DNA of 64,000 bases from NCBI RefSeq assembly GCF_030028105.1, contig NC_092398.1, positions 11,654,600 to 11,718,599 of the forward strand, in the 5' to 3' direction. Within the stretch, counting starts at the first letter, position 1. Each line of letters starts with the position of its first letter. Made by a program: the position numbers and the translations under genes. The DNA is from Mobula birostris (taxonomy: Eukaryota). The notes under the pieces were generated by a model. The model did no database searches. It was not told where the DNA came from and saw only the letters and a program-made list of their open reading frames with translations. This document shows, piece after piece, positions 1-12,526 of this stretch.

Positions 1-298
1 TCGCTACTAAGAACCCTACCTCACTACCTTTTTTTATTTATGCACTATTTATTTAACTATTTAATATCTATCTGACTGTAATTCCCAGTTTACTCTTCTC
101 TCTCTATTACCGTGTTTTGCTGCCGCAAAGTTGACAAATTTCACGAAGTACGCTGGTGATATTAAACCCGATTCTGAAGTTACTGGACGAGCTTGTAGGG
201 TATGCCAATGAGATGGTTTAGTTACTTAAGCAGTATCCAGGGTGTTGTTAGTTAATTTACCGGATTAGAATCCAACATGTTTTAACACTTTGGTATCC

Positions 299-940
299 GG
301 AGGGAGGAGAAGATGGCGGCACGATGCAGCGCATGCGGCTGTTCCGAATGAATATTGATTATGTGTAACTAGGGGCCGTGCGCAAACAGGATTTGATGGG
401 GACAGCCGTGAGAAGCGCAGAGGAACATCTGGAGTAACTTCTGAAATGCCTGCTTCGCTGCCGCTGCTACTGTGTGATCGAGAATCTCCGGAGACGAAGG
501 CCCCAAATCCTCGGCTTTGCGTATCGCCTGTTGCCGGGGCCAGGGTCGGAGTGCTCGGCAGAGATGGTGCTCGGTGCTCGGTGTCGGAGAGCTGGTCGGA
601 GGCTCGGAGTTTTCGGACGGACTCGGAGTTGGACTGTGGTCGGATGCTTCCAGGATGCATCGGCAAGTTTGCAGCGCTGGAGGTTCACCGTCTGCGTGAG
701 ATGATGGGACTTTCGAGAGACTTTGAGATTTTTACTGTGCCATGGTCTGTTCTTATCAAATTACAGTATTGCTTTGCACTGTTGTAACTATATGTTACAA
801 TCATGTGGTTTTTGTAGTTTTTAAGTCGGTTTGTCATGTGTTTTCATGATATCATTCTGGAAAAACATTGTATCATTTCTTAATGCATGCATTACTAAAT
901 GACAATAAAAGGGGACTGCGTGTCCTCATAATCATAATCA
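299..940 (+). mobile_element. ~640 bp non-coding retro-type repeat, copy 1
   Basis: AAGATGGCG head, AATGACAATAAA and (ATCATA)n tail; colinear with 33657-34333. Confidence 0.7.
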
Positions 941-1142
941 AGATTCTAGTTCTGGAAAATAAGTTTCAGTTCCCCTGCTATAAGAAAAAAGCCATTACAA
1001 TGGAAAGAGTGTAAAGAAGATATAGGAGGATGTTGCCAAGACAAGAGGCTAGCCAAGGCTATGTCATTTTTCCTTGCAACATAGGAAAATCAGGGGGTGA
1101 CCTTATAAGTGTTTAGAATTATGAGAAGTGTAGATAAAGTGT

Positions 1143-1452
1143 GCTGGCGCGCGGCCAAGTGGTTAAGGCGTCGGTCTAGTGATCTGAAGGTCGCTAGTTT
1201 GAGCCTCAGCTGAGGCAGCGTGTTGTGTCCTTAAGCAAGACACTTAATCACACATTGCTCTGCAATGACACCGGTGCCAAGCTGTATGGGTCCTAATGCC
1301 CTTCCCTTGGACAACATCGGTGTTGTGGAGAGGGGAGACTTGCAGCATGGGCAGCTGCCGGTCTTCCATACAACCTTGCCCAGGCCTGTGCCCTGGAAAA
1401 CTTTCAAGGCACAAATCCACGGTCTCACGAGACTAACAGATGCCTAAATAAA
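1143..1452 (+). mobile_element. tRNA-derived SINE (CORE-like body) inserted in a CR1 3' fragment (~960-1760)
   Basis: A box CGGCCAAGTGG, B box GTTTGAGCC, gtgtccttaagcaagacacttaa core, A tail, TSD agataaagtg/agacaaagtg. Confidence 0.8.
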
Positions 1453-2329
1453 AAAGACAAAGTGGATGGAACAGTCTTTAGGGTACAGGAGTCCAAAACC
1501 GGGTGGTATAGGTTTACAGTGAGAGAGGACCTGACGGGCAAATCTTTCATGCTGAGAGTGGTGTGTATATAGAACAAGCTGCCAGAGGAAGTGGTTAAGG
1601 CAGGTACAATGGTAACATTTAAGGAGCACTTGGATTGTTGCAGGGAGGGGCAGGGCTTGGAGAGGTACGGGCTAAACACAGGAAAATTGGTGGGCGTCGT
1701 GCTGGAATGGACTGGTTGGGTAAAAGAGCCTGTACCCTTGCTGTATTGTTACATGACTCCGTGAATCCTACAACTGCAACGGAAGCACTTACATTTAATT
1801 AAACATATTTGGAATGTTAAACTATCAGCAACGGTGACCATGAAAACCTTAAGACCATTAAGATACAGCAGCAGAATTAGGCCATTTGGCCCATCGAGTC
1901 TGCACCACTATTTCATCATGGCTGATCCACTTTCCCTCTCAGCCCCAATCTCCTGCCTTCTCCCTGTATCCCTTCACACCCTGACCAATCAAGAATACAT
2001 CAACCTCTGCTTAAGTATACCCAATGATTTGGCCTCCACAGCCGCCCGTGGCAACGAATTCCACAGATTCACCACTCTCCGGCTAACGAAGTTCCTCCTC
2101 ACCTCCGTTCTAAAAGGCCACCCCTCTATTCTGAGGCTGTGCCCTCTGGTCTTAGACTCCACCACCATTGGAAACATCTTCTCAAAGCACTGATTTGTCA
2201 GAAAAGGTCACCTAATTTACTGATTCATTTAGATAAACAAAATCCAGCCAGGCAGTTATACACACTTCCAGACCCAGCACAGCTTATTAACTGCCTTCTG
2301 CTTCAGCACAGCCACCCGTTCAGTGTGAA

Positions 2330-2800
2330 TTCCAAACAGGAGAAAGCCTGCAGATGCTGGAAATCCAAGAGAAGCACACAAAATGCTGGAGGAACATCTA
2401 CGGAAAACGGTAAACAGCCGACATTTTGGGCCGAGACACTTCATCAGGACCAGAAAGGAAGAGGAGGTCAGAATCAGGTGGGTGGTAGGTGACAGACGAA
2501 ACCGGGAGAGGGGGAAGGGTTTAGTAAAGAGCTGGGAAATTGATTGGAGAAAGAGATAAAAAGGGCTGGAGAAGGGGAAATCTGATAGGAGAGGACTGTA
2601 GACCATGGAAGGGAGGGAAGGGGGAGGACCACCAGAGGGAGGTGATAAGCAGGTAAGAAGAGAAGTGAGGGAAATGGGAATGGGGGAATGGTGAAGGGGT
2701 GGGGAAGTCTGAGAAATCAGGTTGGGGGCTCCACAGGTGGAATACAACGTGTTACTCCTCCAACCCAAGTGTGGCCTCATCGCGACAGTAGAGAAAGTGT
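2330..2800 (-). mobile_element. Penelope terminal-repeat fragment (others at ~4570-4960 and 40335-40790)
   Basis: GIY-YIG C-terminal remnant, pyrimidine-rich tract and degenerate hammerhead at ~2416-2452. Confidence 0.75.
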
Positions 2801-2856
2801 GAACGAAATGACAGCTCAGCCAACAAGGTGACTGAACAAGTTAATTAAACACTTAC

Positions 2857-3047
2857 ACTGGTGAATCTCCGCGTGATTCCTCTGCATAACGATGTAGAGC
2901 ATTAATGCGAGTTGAGGAGCACTTTCAAAGATGCTCTCAAAGAGTCGTAGCATGCTGATATCACAGACCAGGTAAATGGCGTACTGTGCACCCATGGCCT
3001 CGCCCTCTCTGATTACTCGGAAGCCTACCTCCAGTGCCGTTACGTAC
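2857..3047 (-). CDS. XKR8: XK-related protein 8, coding exon 2 (last exon is outside the window)
   Basis: Acceptor tttccctcag|G completes the Arg codon from exon 1; RYVTALEVGF...CDISMLRLFESIFESAPQLALMLY is the XK-family signature; donor T|GTAAGT at 2856. Confidence 0.9.
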
Positions 3048-3189
3048 CTGAGGGAAAAAAAATTCAAATGATAAAACCAACATACCATGTTTCTCAAATC
3101 TTCAGGATGCAGACAGGAAAAGCCATTCAGCTCAAGCCCACTAATCAACTTCAGATGCCTACAGTTCCTACAGCATCAGGCTACGCCTT

Positions 3190-3905
3190 AGGGTGCCACG
3201 GTAGCATAGTGGTTAGTGCAACAGTATTACAGACTGGGGCATTCTGGGGCTCTGAGTTCAATTCCGGCGCTGGCTGTAAGGAGTTTGTACGTTCTCCCCG
3301 TGAATCGCGTCGGTTATCTCCCAGTGCTCTGGTTTCCTCCCACAGTCTAAAGGTGTACCGGTTAGTAGGTTGATTGATGATTGTAAATTATCCTGTGATT
3401 TCTTCTCACTGCCCGTTACACCACTGGCGTTTAGGGCAGCCATGAAGATCCTCCATCTCTGGCGGTGTCCAGGGCTTCCTTCATCAGGTCAGTAGCTTCC
3501 TCTCAGTTTTCACTCCTGTCAGTCATGCAAGTCCCGGGTGTAGACCCAAGAATACCATCACACTCAGATGTAGAAGGATTCTTCACTGCTGTTTCCATAA
3601 CCATTTTGTTTCGCCAGTCAGCATTGGTAGCCGAGCTGAACCCCCAAATCTGGAGGACCGGTGGACCACTCTTAGTCTGGCCTCTACCCTTTGACCTGTT
3701 TGGCATGGGTGACCCTACCGAGAGCCAAAGCATAAAGCCCTGACTCCAGCCAACATAGCTCTCGGGGTCATTGAGGCACGCAAGCCTCCAAACCCTACGA
3801 CAAGGTTGTGGTCCTGTTGGAGGATCCTTTGACTCGGCTGGGGTTGAACAGGCGAGTTGCTGGGTAGCACAGGACCTGTTCTGTGTTTTATCCCTATATA
3901 TAAAA
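3190..3905 (+). mobile_element. V-domain tRNA-SINE split by the RTE-derived element; related copies at ~11590-11790(-), 24487-24750(+), 53850-54180(-), 61310-61540(-)
   Basis: gtagcatagtggttag A box, gttcaattcc B box, V-domain ggagtttgtacgttctccccgtg...ggtttcctcccacagtctaaag. Confidence 0.75.
3401..3823 (-). mobile_element. Second full-length copy of the RTE-derived element, inserted in a V-SINE; ribozyme-like fold at 3663-3823
   Basis: Same sequence as 56570-56987; degenerate TSD atcctgtgatt (3390-3400) / atcctttgact (3824-3834). Confidence 0.85.
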
Positions 3906-5730
3906 TAATGAAAACTAATGCAGTCTTCTGCAGGTACTTTTCGACATTGGGAAATGTCTGCTGTGTTTCCTTCAGGCCGGTTCTTCAACCCTCCATCTGC
4001 AGGAATCAGCCTCCGCATCAACCCCAGGACTTAAGCAAAGATCTGATACATGATCTGCAAGAAAATTGGATTGATATTCTGCACAGCTCGACATAATTTA
4101 CTCATTTTTAAATTGTGGATTTAAATAACCCATTTTGTCAGAAAAGAGGGAGAAAAAGCTCCATCTCTTACGACACAACCATCTTCCCGAGAAGACAGAG
4201 GAAAGTAAGGCTTCCCCACCCCACTCCCCGCCACCCCAACTTAGCCGCATTTCACAGGAGCACCATTGACAGCATCCTAACAAGCTGCATCTCCATCTGA
4301 TATGGGCGCAGACGAACATCGGACTGGAAGTCCCTACGAAGGGCTGAGAGGATCATAGAGGTCTCCCTACCATCCATCGGGAATGTCGCGTACATACGGC
4401 CCTTAGTAGTATCAAGGATCCCACCCATCCATCCAGCATCCTCTTTGACTTCCTACCATCAGGCAGGGGATCCGATGCATAAAAACAAGAATGGTCAGGG
4501 CGGGGAACAATTACTTCCCTCGGGCCATTAGGCTTCTGAACTCGCTGCCACATCGCATTCAAAGCTTACTTGATGGGTGAAACTGTGAAAGGGTGAGGGG
4601 TGAAGTAAAGAGCTGGGAAATTGATCGGTGAAGGGGATAAAGGGCTGAAGAAGGGGGAAATCTGATGAGAGGACACAAGGCCAGGAAGGAAGGGAAGGCA
4701 GGGAGCGCCAGAGGGAGGTGATGGGCGGGTAAGGAGATAAGGTGAAGGAGGGAAGCAGGAATGGAGAATGGTGAAGGGGGGGGTTGTAATTACCGCAAGT
4801 TCAAGAAATTGACCTTCATGCCATCAGGTTGGAGGCTACCCAGGCGGAAATCAAGGTGTTGAAGAGAAGGAGAGAGGGGGAAAATGGGAATGGGGGGGCA
4901 GGGCAGAGAAAGGGTGAAGGGCGGCAATTAATATCTGAGAAAAATATGGTTACCTGAAAATAATCTAGGAGCCCAAGACTGGATATAACAATTTCAGCTG
5001 GCAAAATGCAAATGCAAACACAATACTACACCTGTAGTACAATAAATTCTTGGATATATTAAACATGCATCTGCTTTCTATACCTATTTACATTATGATC
5101 TTAAAGGACATTGACATCAGTGACAATGCAAACATTTCATGTCCATCTCTAATGGCCCATCAGAACAGAGTGCCTTGCTGACCTATTATTATAGTTATTG
5201 TTCTATTGGATAAGATTAGATTCAACATTATTGTCATTGTGCCAAGTACAGATACAAAGCCAATGAAATGCAATTAGCATCTGACCAGAAGTGCAAAGAA
5301 TAGTACTGCGAATAAAAAGTAAGTGCTACAGCATACAAATATAAAAGTACGGAGACAGTACAATATGGGTGCAATACTGCTTAGCGCTGTGACGTGAGGT
5401 TCAGCAGGATCACAGCCTCAGGGAAGAAGCTCTTCCTGTGCCTGCTGGTGCGGGAGCAGAGGCTCTTGTAGCGCCTACCGGATGGGAGGAGAGTAAAAAG
5501 TCCATGGTTAGGGTGAGATGCATTCCTGATAATGCTTTTCGCCCTGCCCAGGCAGCGTTCATGGTGAATTTTCTCAATGAAATGGTTCTCAATTTATAGC
5601 ATATGCCCGCAAGAAAATGAATTTCAGGGTTGTGTGCGGTGTCATGTTTTGATAATAAAGTTACTTTGAACCTTCAGAGGCCAGGTAAGAGTCAACCATC
5701 CTAGGGTGGGCAAGGCAAAGGCAGCAGAGT

Positions 5731-8700
5731 GGACTTCCGGGGTCGAGTATGGAGTGAGTCGGTGCGTGTGAGTGTGGCTTCCGATTTTTATTGAAAATCT
5801 ACCTGTTTATCTTTGCCGTATGCTCGAGACCATTGTGAACAATGCGGGACATAGCTGGTCATTGAAATGGCAAGTAGAATGTACCTTCGAAGTAAAACTG
5901 GGGAAAAAGATAGCGAAGCCTCCAGCAAGAAGGTGGATGTTACAGTAATGGCGCCGTTGCACGCTGCTGGAGCTGGACCCGGACCTGCGCTACCCGACGA
6001 CTTGGAGAGCCTTCGTTTAAGTACTTATTTCTGACATGACGCAAGCGGTGCATTCTGCCCTAAAAAGAGAACCTGAAGATGCTTTATCGCCAGTGAATGC
6101 TACCATGGAACAAATTATGTCTGTTTATGAGTCACACGACCAACGCATTCGTGGGGTTGAAGACGGCCTGAATGATTACAGTGACCGACTGGTGAGCGCC
6201 GAAGCCGCCATTGCAGCGTTGCAGAGCGAAAACGCATTTCTGAGGGAAAGCTTGATGACCTCGAAAATCGGTCGCAGAGATCCAATTTGAGAGTGGTCGG
6301 CATTCCTGAAAATTTGGAAGGTTCGGACCCTGTTAAATTTATGACCGAGTTTTTTGACGAAGTGCTGGGGACAAATTTTTTCCCAAGTTCTGTCGTACTT
6401 TCGCGTGCTCACCGAGTCGGACATAAACCATCCGGTGTTTCTGGAGCCAAGCAAACGAGACCAAGAACGTTCCTGGTTTGCTTTCACTCCTTTCAAGATA
6501 AGCAACGCATCATCAATAGACGGAAGCAGGAGCCGTATTTCCGCGGACACCGCGTGTTTTTTTATGAAGATTTTAGTGCGGAGCTGGGCAAAAAACGAGC
6601 AGCTTTCAAGGAGGTGAAATCCCTGCTTTACGGGAAAGGAGTCAGGTTTGGCCTCTTGTATCCTGCCCAGCTCCGGGAGGTCATGCATGAAGGTGAAAAG
6701 CATTATTTCGATACACCAGGGGCGGCCAAAGAGTTTTACCATTCGCGCTGGGGAGAAGAAGAATGAGAAGAGCAATGACTTTTTTTTAGGTTATTCATGC
6801 AGCATGGAAGGGGCCTCATGCCCAGGCAAACTGTTAATTTTCACAATCCACTTCTTTGTTCATTTTTTCCAGTTTAATTTGTGGAACGCGATCGGGTGGA
6901 ACTGCTATGCTGCCGAAACTGATTAACAAAAACTTTCAACCAGCAAAATGTAAATATTTGGGATTTGTATCTCGGGCGTTTAAGTTGCCTAGTGTGTTTT
7001 TCTTTTGTTTTTAATGCTTAGCTTGACCTGTGTCATCTTTAGCCTATATGTTATATTAAAAGTAGTATAAGTGATAGGATAAATGTTAAGGAGGGGAGCC
7101 ACCCTAGATTAGATTGAAAGTTGGGCTGTATGGAGAACACCTTGGAAGTTTTTTGTTGGGTACTGCCTGTGATCATCCTCAATTGGGGAGGTAGATTTAG
7201 GTTTCGGGGGTTAATTGGGTTTTTTTTGTTGTTTGTGTAAAGGGGTGGGGGGAGTGTTTTGGGGGATTACCATGGCAGTTTATTCTTTTGTGTGTTACGG
7301 ATTGATCAGACTTTCTTTTCATTGTGCGTTATTGTGTGCAACTTATGCCCTCGCACTGTTTTGCATTGTAGGTCCTGTGTGTCTTTTGATACGGTTAACG
7401 TGAGTGCTGCTGATGGAGGCCACCCTGTGAGGTTTATTTCTTGGGATGTAAAGGGGCTCAATGGTCCGGTTAAAAGAGCTAAAGTTTTCTCTCATCTCAA
7501 ACAATGAAAAGCAGATATACTATTTCTACAAGGGACACATTTAAGAGTGGAGGACCATAATAGACTTCGTAAAGCGCGGATTAGTCAGGTTTTTCATTCC
7601 AGATTTAATAGTAGGTCCAGGGGGGTGGCAATATTAATCGCCAAAAGAATGCAGTTCACACCATCTGATGTAATCAGTGATCCTAATGGTCGCTTTATTA
7701 TAGTCTCTGGTTCTCTCTTTCAGATACCTGTTATTTTGGTAAATGTTTATGCTCCTAATTGGGACGGTGTCCAATTTGCAAATAGGGTTGTGTCATTAAT
7801 ACCTAACCTGAATGCACATAAGCTAATCTTTTCCAGAGATTTAAACTGTGCTATTGATCCACTGCTTGATAGGTCTTGCCCTAGGGGAACATTTTCAGGT
7901 ATGGTAAAAGCCTTCTCGATGTTTATGCAACAAAATGGTTATATGGATCCTTGGAGATTTTTGAATCCATCAGTTAGGCAATTCTCTTTCTTCTCTCATG
8001 TTGACCACTCCTATTCCAGGCTAGACTATTTCTTTATAGATAACTCCTTGATACCAATGATTAGACAAATTGAATACACTGCTATAGTTATATCTGATCA
8101 CTCGCCCGTGAAACTGGACCTAAGTTTTCCTTTAAATGTTAGAGAACGGCCTCTGTGGAGACTTAACCCCCTTTTGCTTTCTAATGAGAAATTTTGTAGT
8201 TATATATCGGCTAACATTGACACATTCTTCGAGACTAATAAAACTGAGTCGGTATCGTACTCTTTACTTTGGGAAACTTTAAAAGCTTACTTGAGGGGTC
8301 AAATAATATCTTATACTTCACATGCCAAAAACGAGCGTAGGAAGGAAATGCAAGTGTTATTGCAATCTATTTTGGACCTGGATAGAAAATACTCTGAGGC
8401 ACCCACTGCGGAATTATATAAAAGCCCGGTTGATTTCCAAGCGAAGTTAAATCTTCTATCTACAAACCTATCAGAACAATTAATTCTTAAGACACATGGC
8501 CTCTATTATGAATACGGTGACAAGGCGAGCTGGCTTATGGCTCATCAGTTGAAACGTCAAGCTGCATCACGACTTATTCCCCAGATAAGAGACACGCACC
8601 AGAACTTGACAAGCAATCCAAAAGAGATTAATAACATCTTTGCAACTTTTTATTCCTCTCTGTATGCCTCAGAGTTCCCCCTCACGTAAAACAAATATGG

Positions 8701-11526
8701 AACGTTTTTTAGATAATTTGGAAATACCAACTCTTGAACCAGAGGAGGTGGAGAACCTAGATCGGGCTCTTGGGCAGGAAGAGATTAATAATGCCATTAT
8801 GGCTATGCAGAGTGGTAAGTCCCCAGGTCCTGATGGTTGCCCAACAGAATTTTATAAGAAATTTAAGGATAAGCTCATACCGGTCCTTCTAGAAGTGTTT
8901 CAGGAATCTTTGGAGAACAGCTCCTTACCCCCTACTCTTTCACAGGCAGCTATTTCACTACTTCTTAAAAAGGACAAGGACTCAACTCAATGTGGATCAT
9001 ATTGCCCCATCTCACTTTTGAATGTAGATATGAAAATTTTGGCTGAAGTGCTTGCATGTCATTTAGAACGTCCCCTTCCCAAGATAATTTCAGATGATCA
9101 AACAGGTTTTATTAAAAATCACTATTCTTTTTTTAATATCTGTCGACTGGCTGATGTGGTTTATTCACCCAGTGATTCTCCAAGTCCAGAGGTTGTTATC
9201 TCCTTGGACGCAGAGAAGGCGTTTGATAGTGGAGTGGGTATACTTGTTTAGTGTTTTGGAGAAATTTGGATTTGGCAGAATATTTATAGCTTGGGTTAAG
9301 CTATTATACCACTCGCCCTTAGCATGTGTACAGACAAATTATTTTCGATCTGACGATTTCCCATTAACACGTGGCACTCGCCAAGGCTGCCCATTGTCCC
9401 CTCTTCTTTTTGCAATTGCAATTGAGCCTCTTTCTATTGCACTTAAGTCAACTACATGGTTCAAGGTGTTAGAAGAGGGGACATGGAACACCATGTATCC
9501 CTATATGCTGATGACCTCTTACTTTATGTTAGCGACCCTGTAGGTAGTAGTCCTGCTATTGTGTCATTATTAGGTCAATTTGGAGCCTTCTCTGGCTATA
9601 AACTGAACTTTCAAAAAAGCAAATGCTTTCCCATTAATAACTTGGCCCTACAGATCCCACAGGAATCCTTGCCTTTTCCTTTATCTCAAGATGGTTTTGT
9701 ATACCTAAGAATACATATTACTCGCTCTTTTACATCTCTGTTTGAAGCTAACTACAGGCCTCAGGTTAGCCAAATGAAGGCTGATTCGAGAGATGGTGCA
9801 GTTTACCCCTTGCTATAGCTGGGAGAATTCAGTCAGTGAAAATGGCTATAGTTCCTAGATTTCTCTATTTGTTTCAGTGTTTGCCAGTTTTCCTATCTAA
9901 GTTATTTTTTAAATCAGTTGACCAAGCTATAACCTCCTTCATTTGGGAAAATAAGATCCCAAGGGTCAGTAAGCACACTCTCCAAAGAGGTCGTGACGTA
10001 GGTGGAATGGGTCTTCCCAGCTTTATTCATTATTACTGGGCATCGAACATTCAAAAAGTATTATTTTGGCTTCACCGGCCAGATATAATCTGGTGCCTGC
10101 TTGAGTCACGGTCTTGCCACTCCTCATCTCTCCCAGCTTTGGTGTATTCTTCCTTACCATTGAAATCCTCTCAATTCACATCTAACTCGGTCGTGCTCTC
10201 CACCCTCAAAATCTTTAATCAATTTCGCTGCCACTGTAAGTTCATATCAGCTTCAGTTTTGGGTCCCATTCATAAAAACCATTTATTTCCTCCCTCCACA
10301 TTCGATTTGGCTTTCAGACAATGGGGTTTGAATGGTCTTATGTGCATTAAGGATTTGTATACTGATAACATATTTGATAGTTTTGATAACCTGAGCGGTA
10401 AGTATGGCCTTCTGCATAATCATTTTTTAAAATACCCGCAGATTCGTCACTTTGTCAAGGAAAAATTTCCCTCGTTTCCTGATCTACCACCTGCTATGTT
10501 ATGGGAAAAATTCACTCTTAGCTTTAACAATAAGGGGCTGATCTCTGAACTATACTCTCAGCTGATGTCTTTGGGAGTTCAAGATCTAAACAAAACTAAG
10601 AGTACGTGGGAGGATGACCTCAGTATGGATCTGGCGGAGGAATATTGGGCAAAAGTATTGAATAGGGTTCATTTCTCATCATCATGTGCTAGACTGGGGC
10701 TCATACAATTTAAAGTTTTACACAGGGTACATTTAAGTAAAGCCAGACTGGCAGACATATACCCTGGGACAGACACTGGCTGTGACAGGTGTTCCTTCTC
10801 TCCGGCTGGTTTAGTACATGCATTTTGGTCTTGCCCTCAGCTTGATGACTAATGGACACTGGTTTTTAAAATTATCAGTGAGGTTTTGGGAGTGACACTG
10901 AGACCTTGCCCGCTTATAGCTGTATTTGGTGCGGCAGATGATGATTTGAGTTTAAATGCAAGCCAGTCAGATATCATTGCATTTACATCGCTATTGGCCT
11001 GTAGGAGAATTTTGCTGGTTTGGAAATCTGCCACTCCCCCAACTGCTGCTGCTTGGCTAGAAGATGTAATGTTTTTTCTGAAATTAGAAAAGATTAAATT
11101 CACTTTCAGGGAGTCTGTGAAAAAGTTCTATTCGAAATGAGGACCTTTATCATCATATTTTGGGAGTCTTAAGGAATTACCTACTAGTTGAGGGCATTTG
11201 ATTGTACTTGGGAAGTTGCCTCCCATTTAACACGCTTATAATTTACCTCACAGGGTGGTTGATGAATTGTAAATATGAGTGTATTTTGGATCATCTGACA
11301 TGTTGCAGATGTGTGTGAGCCGTCATCTTGAAGTAGTGTGGGGGTATGGTTGTGAAATGTCTGTACTTGTATTTGTGAATTGTTGTGTTGTAAATATATT
11401 AGCTGCCATGATATGTTCGGGGAGGGCGGGTGGGGGTGGGGGAGGTTTGTTTTGCAAAATGGAGGAAAATGTAATCTATTATATATTCTGTATTGTGTCA
11501 TTCCTTCAATAAAAATAAATTTTAAA
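5731..11526 (+). mobile_element. Full-length, decayed L1-clade LINE in XKR8 intron 1 (antisense to the gene)
   Basis: ORF1 from ATG 5867 to 6766 (NLRVVGIPE RRM); ORF2 ~7400-11185 with APE endonuclease, RT (QGCPLSPLLF, YADD) and CCHC, broken by frameshifts and stops; AATAAA/A tail; TSD aaaggcagcagagt (5717-5730) / aaagacagcagagt (11527-11540). Confidence 0.93.
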
Positions 11527-11911
11527 AAAGACAGCAGAGTTAGGCAGATGGGTTTTGACAACAGTCTTGTCAATAATATATTTTTTTAAACTATTGAGAC
11601 ACAGGCCCTGGCAATCCCCCGATTTAAGCAGAGGACAATTTACAATGACCAGTGAATTTTGGACAGTGGGAGAAAACAGATGCGGTGGCGGGGTGATATG
11701 TATCAACTCTTTACAGACAGTGGCGGGAATTGAACGCGGGACTAAAGTACTTATAAAGCGCTGGGCTAACCACTACACTCCCGTGATGCTAATACATTTC
11801 CTAAATTTTAAAATTCCCTGAGGTGCTGGTGGGATTACAACCTGAGAATCTGAATCAACGGTTTAGGTTCTGGATGTTAGTCCGGATATTAGACTGTTTG
11901 CCGTGACTGAC

Positions 11912-12237
11912 CTGATCAGGAACCCCAGCTGCAACCAGTGTAACAGGCCCAAGACGCAGTCTCCTGGCGTGGTCTTCAACTTTGCTAACAGCCCGGAGTT
12001 GAAATAACTCCGCTGCTCCCGGTCCCCAGCGAACCAAAACCAGCTGAACAGTTGGACGACCGCCGAGCACAGCAGCGCCAGACTCAACACTATGCTGCCC
12101 CAAAAATAATCTCCGGCTAGGTAGAAGGAGATCATTACCCAGGCATCAGTCCCAAGGTCCAGAAGGAAAGTGCCCATACCGAAACCGATAAAGAAGAGGT
12201 CGACAACAGAGAAACGAACCGCATTGTTCGGGTACAT
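11912..12237 (-). CDS. XKR8: XK-related protein 8 (phospholipid scramblase), coding exon 1
   Basis: ATG at 12237; MYPNNAVRFSVVDLFFIGFGMGTFLLDLGTDAWV...VQLFSWFWF...LLHWLQLGFLIR matches the XK-family N-terminal TM pattern; donor AG|GTCAGT at 11911 (phase 2); synteny with SMPDL3B and RPA2. Confidence 0.88.
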
Positions 12238-12463
12238 TTTTTTTGGTACAAAACTTCCGGGGAAAAGTTAACTGCTATTTATTCTGGAGCTGACTCTTAG
12301 TGTTCTCTGTAACATTTGCCCCTCCCGACATACTTCGGCTTCGTGTCGTCGCTGCCCGCTCTGCATAACTAACTTTCTTCCACTGTTAACTCACCAAAGG
12401 TCTTTTCACTCCTGTAGGGCAAACGAAACCAGACAAGAGTGGACACGGCTTAAATATTCCCTT

Positions 12464-12478
12464 TGGCACCCTCTAGTG
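12464..12478 (-). promoter_or_regulatory. CTCF-like motif upstream of XKR8
   Basis: Minus strand CACTAGAGGGTGCCA resembles the CTCF core consensus; motif match only. Confidence 0.45.
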
Positions 12479-12526
12479 TTATTTCCCAAACTCTTAAGAA
12501 AATCTTCCAGGAAGAAAACTCTCTTC

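Noticed and set aside
1143-1215. tRNA gene
   Set aside because: The tRNA-like head continues into a SINE body with an A tail and TSD; no proper cloverleaf or terminator.
3503-4021. 172-aa ORF, with similar peptides at 28504-28905 and 56595-56903, as a gene family
   Set aside because: The shared peptide comes from the shared non-coding repeat; starts, stops and frames are not conserved.
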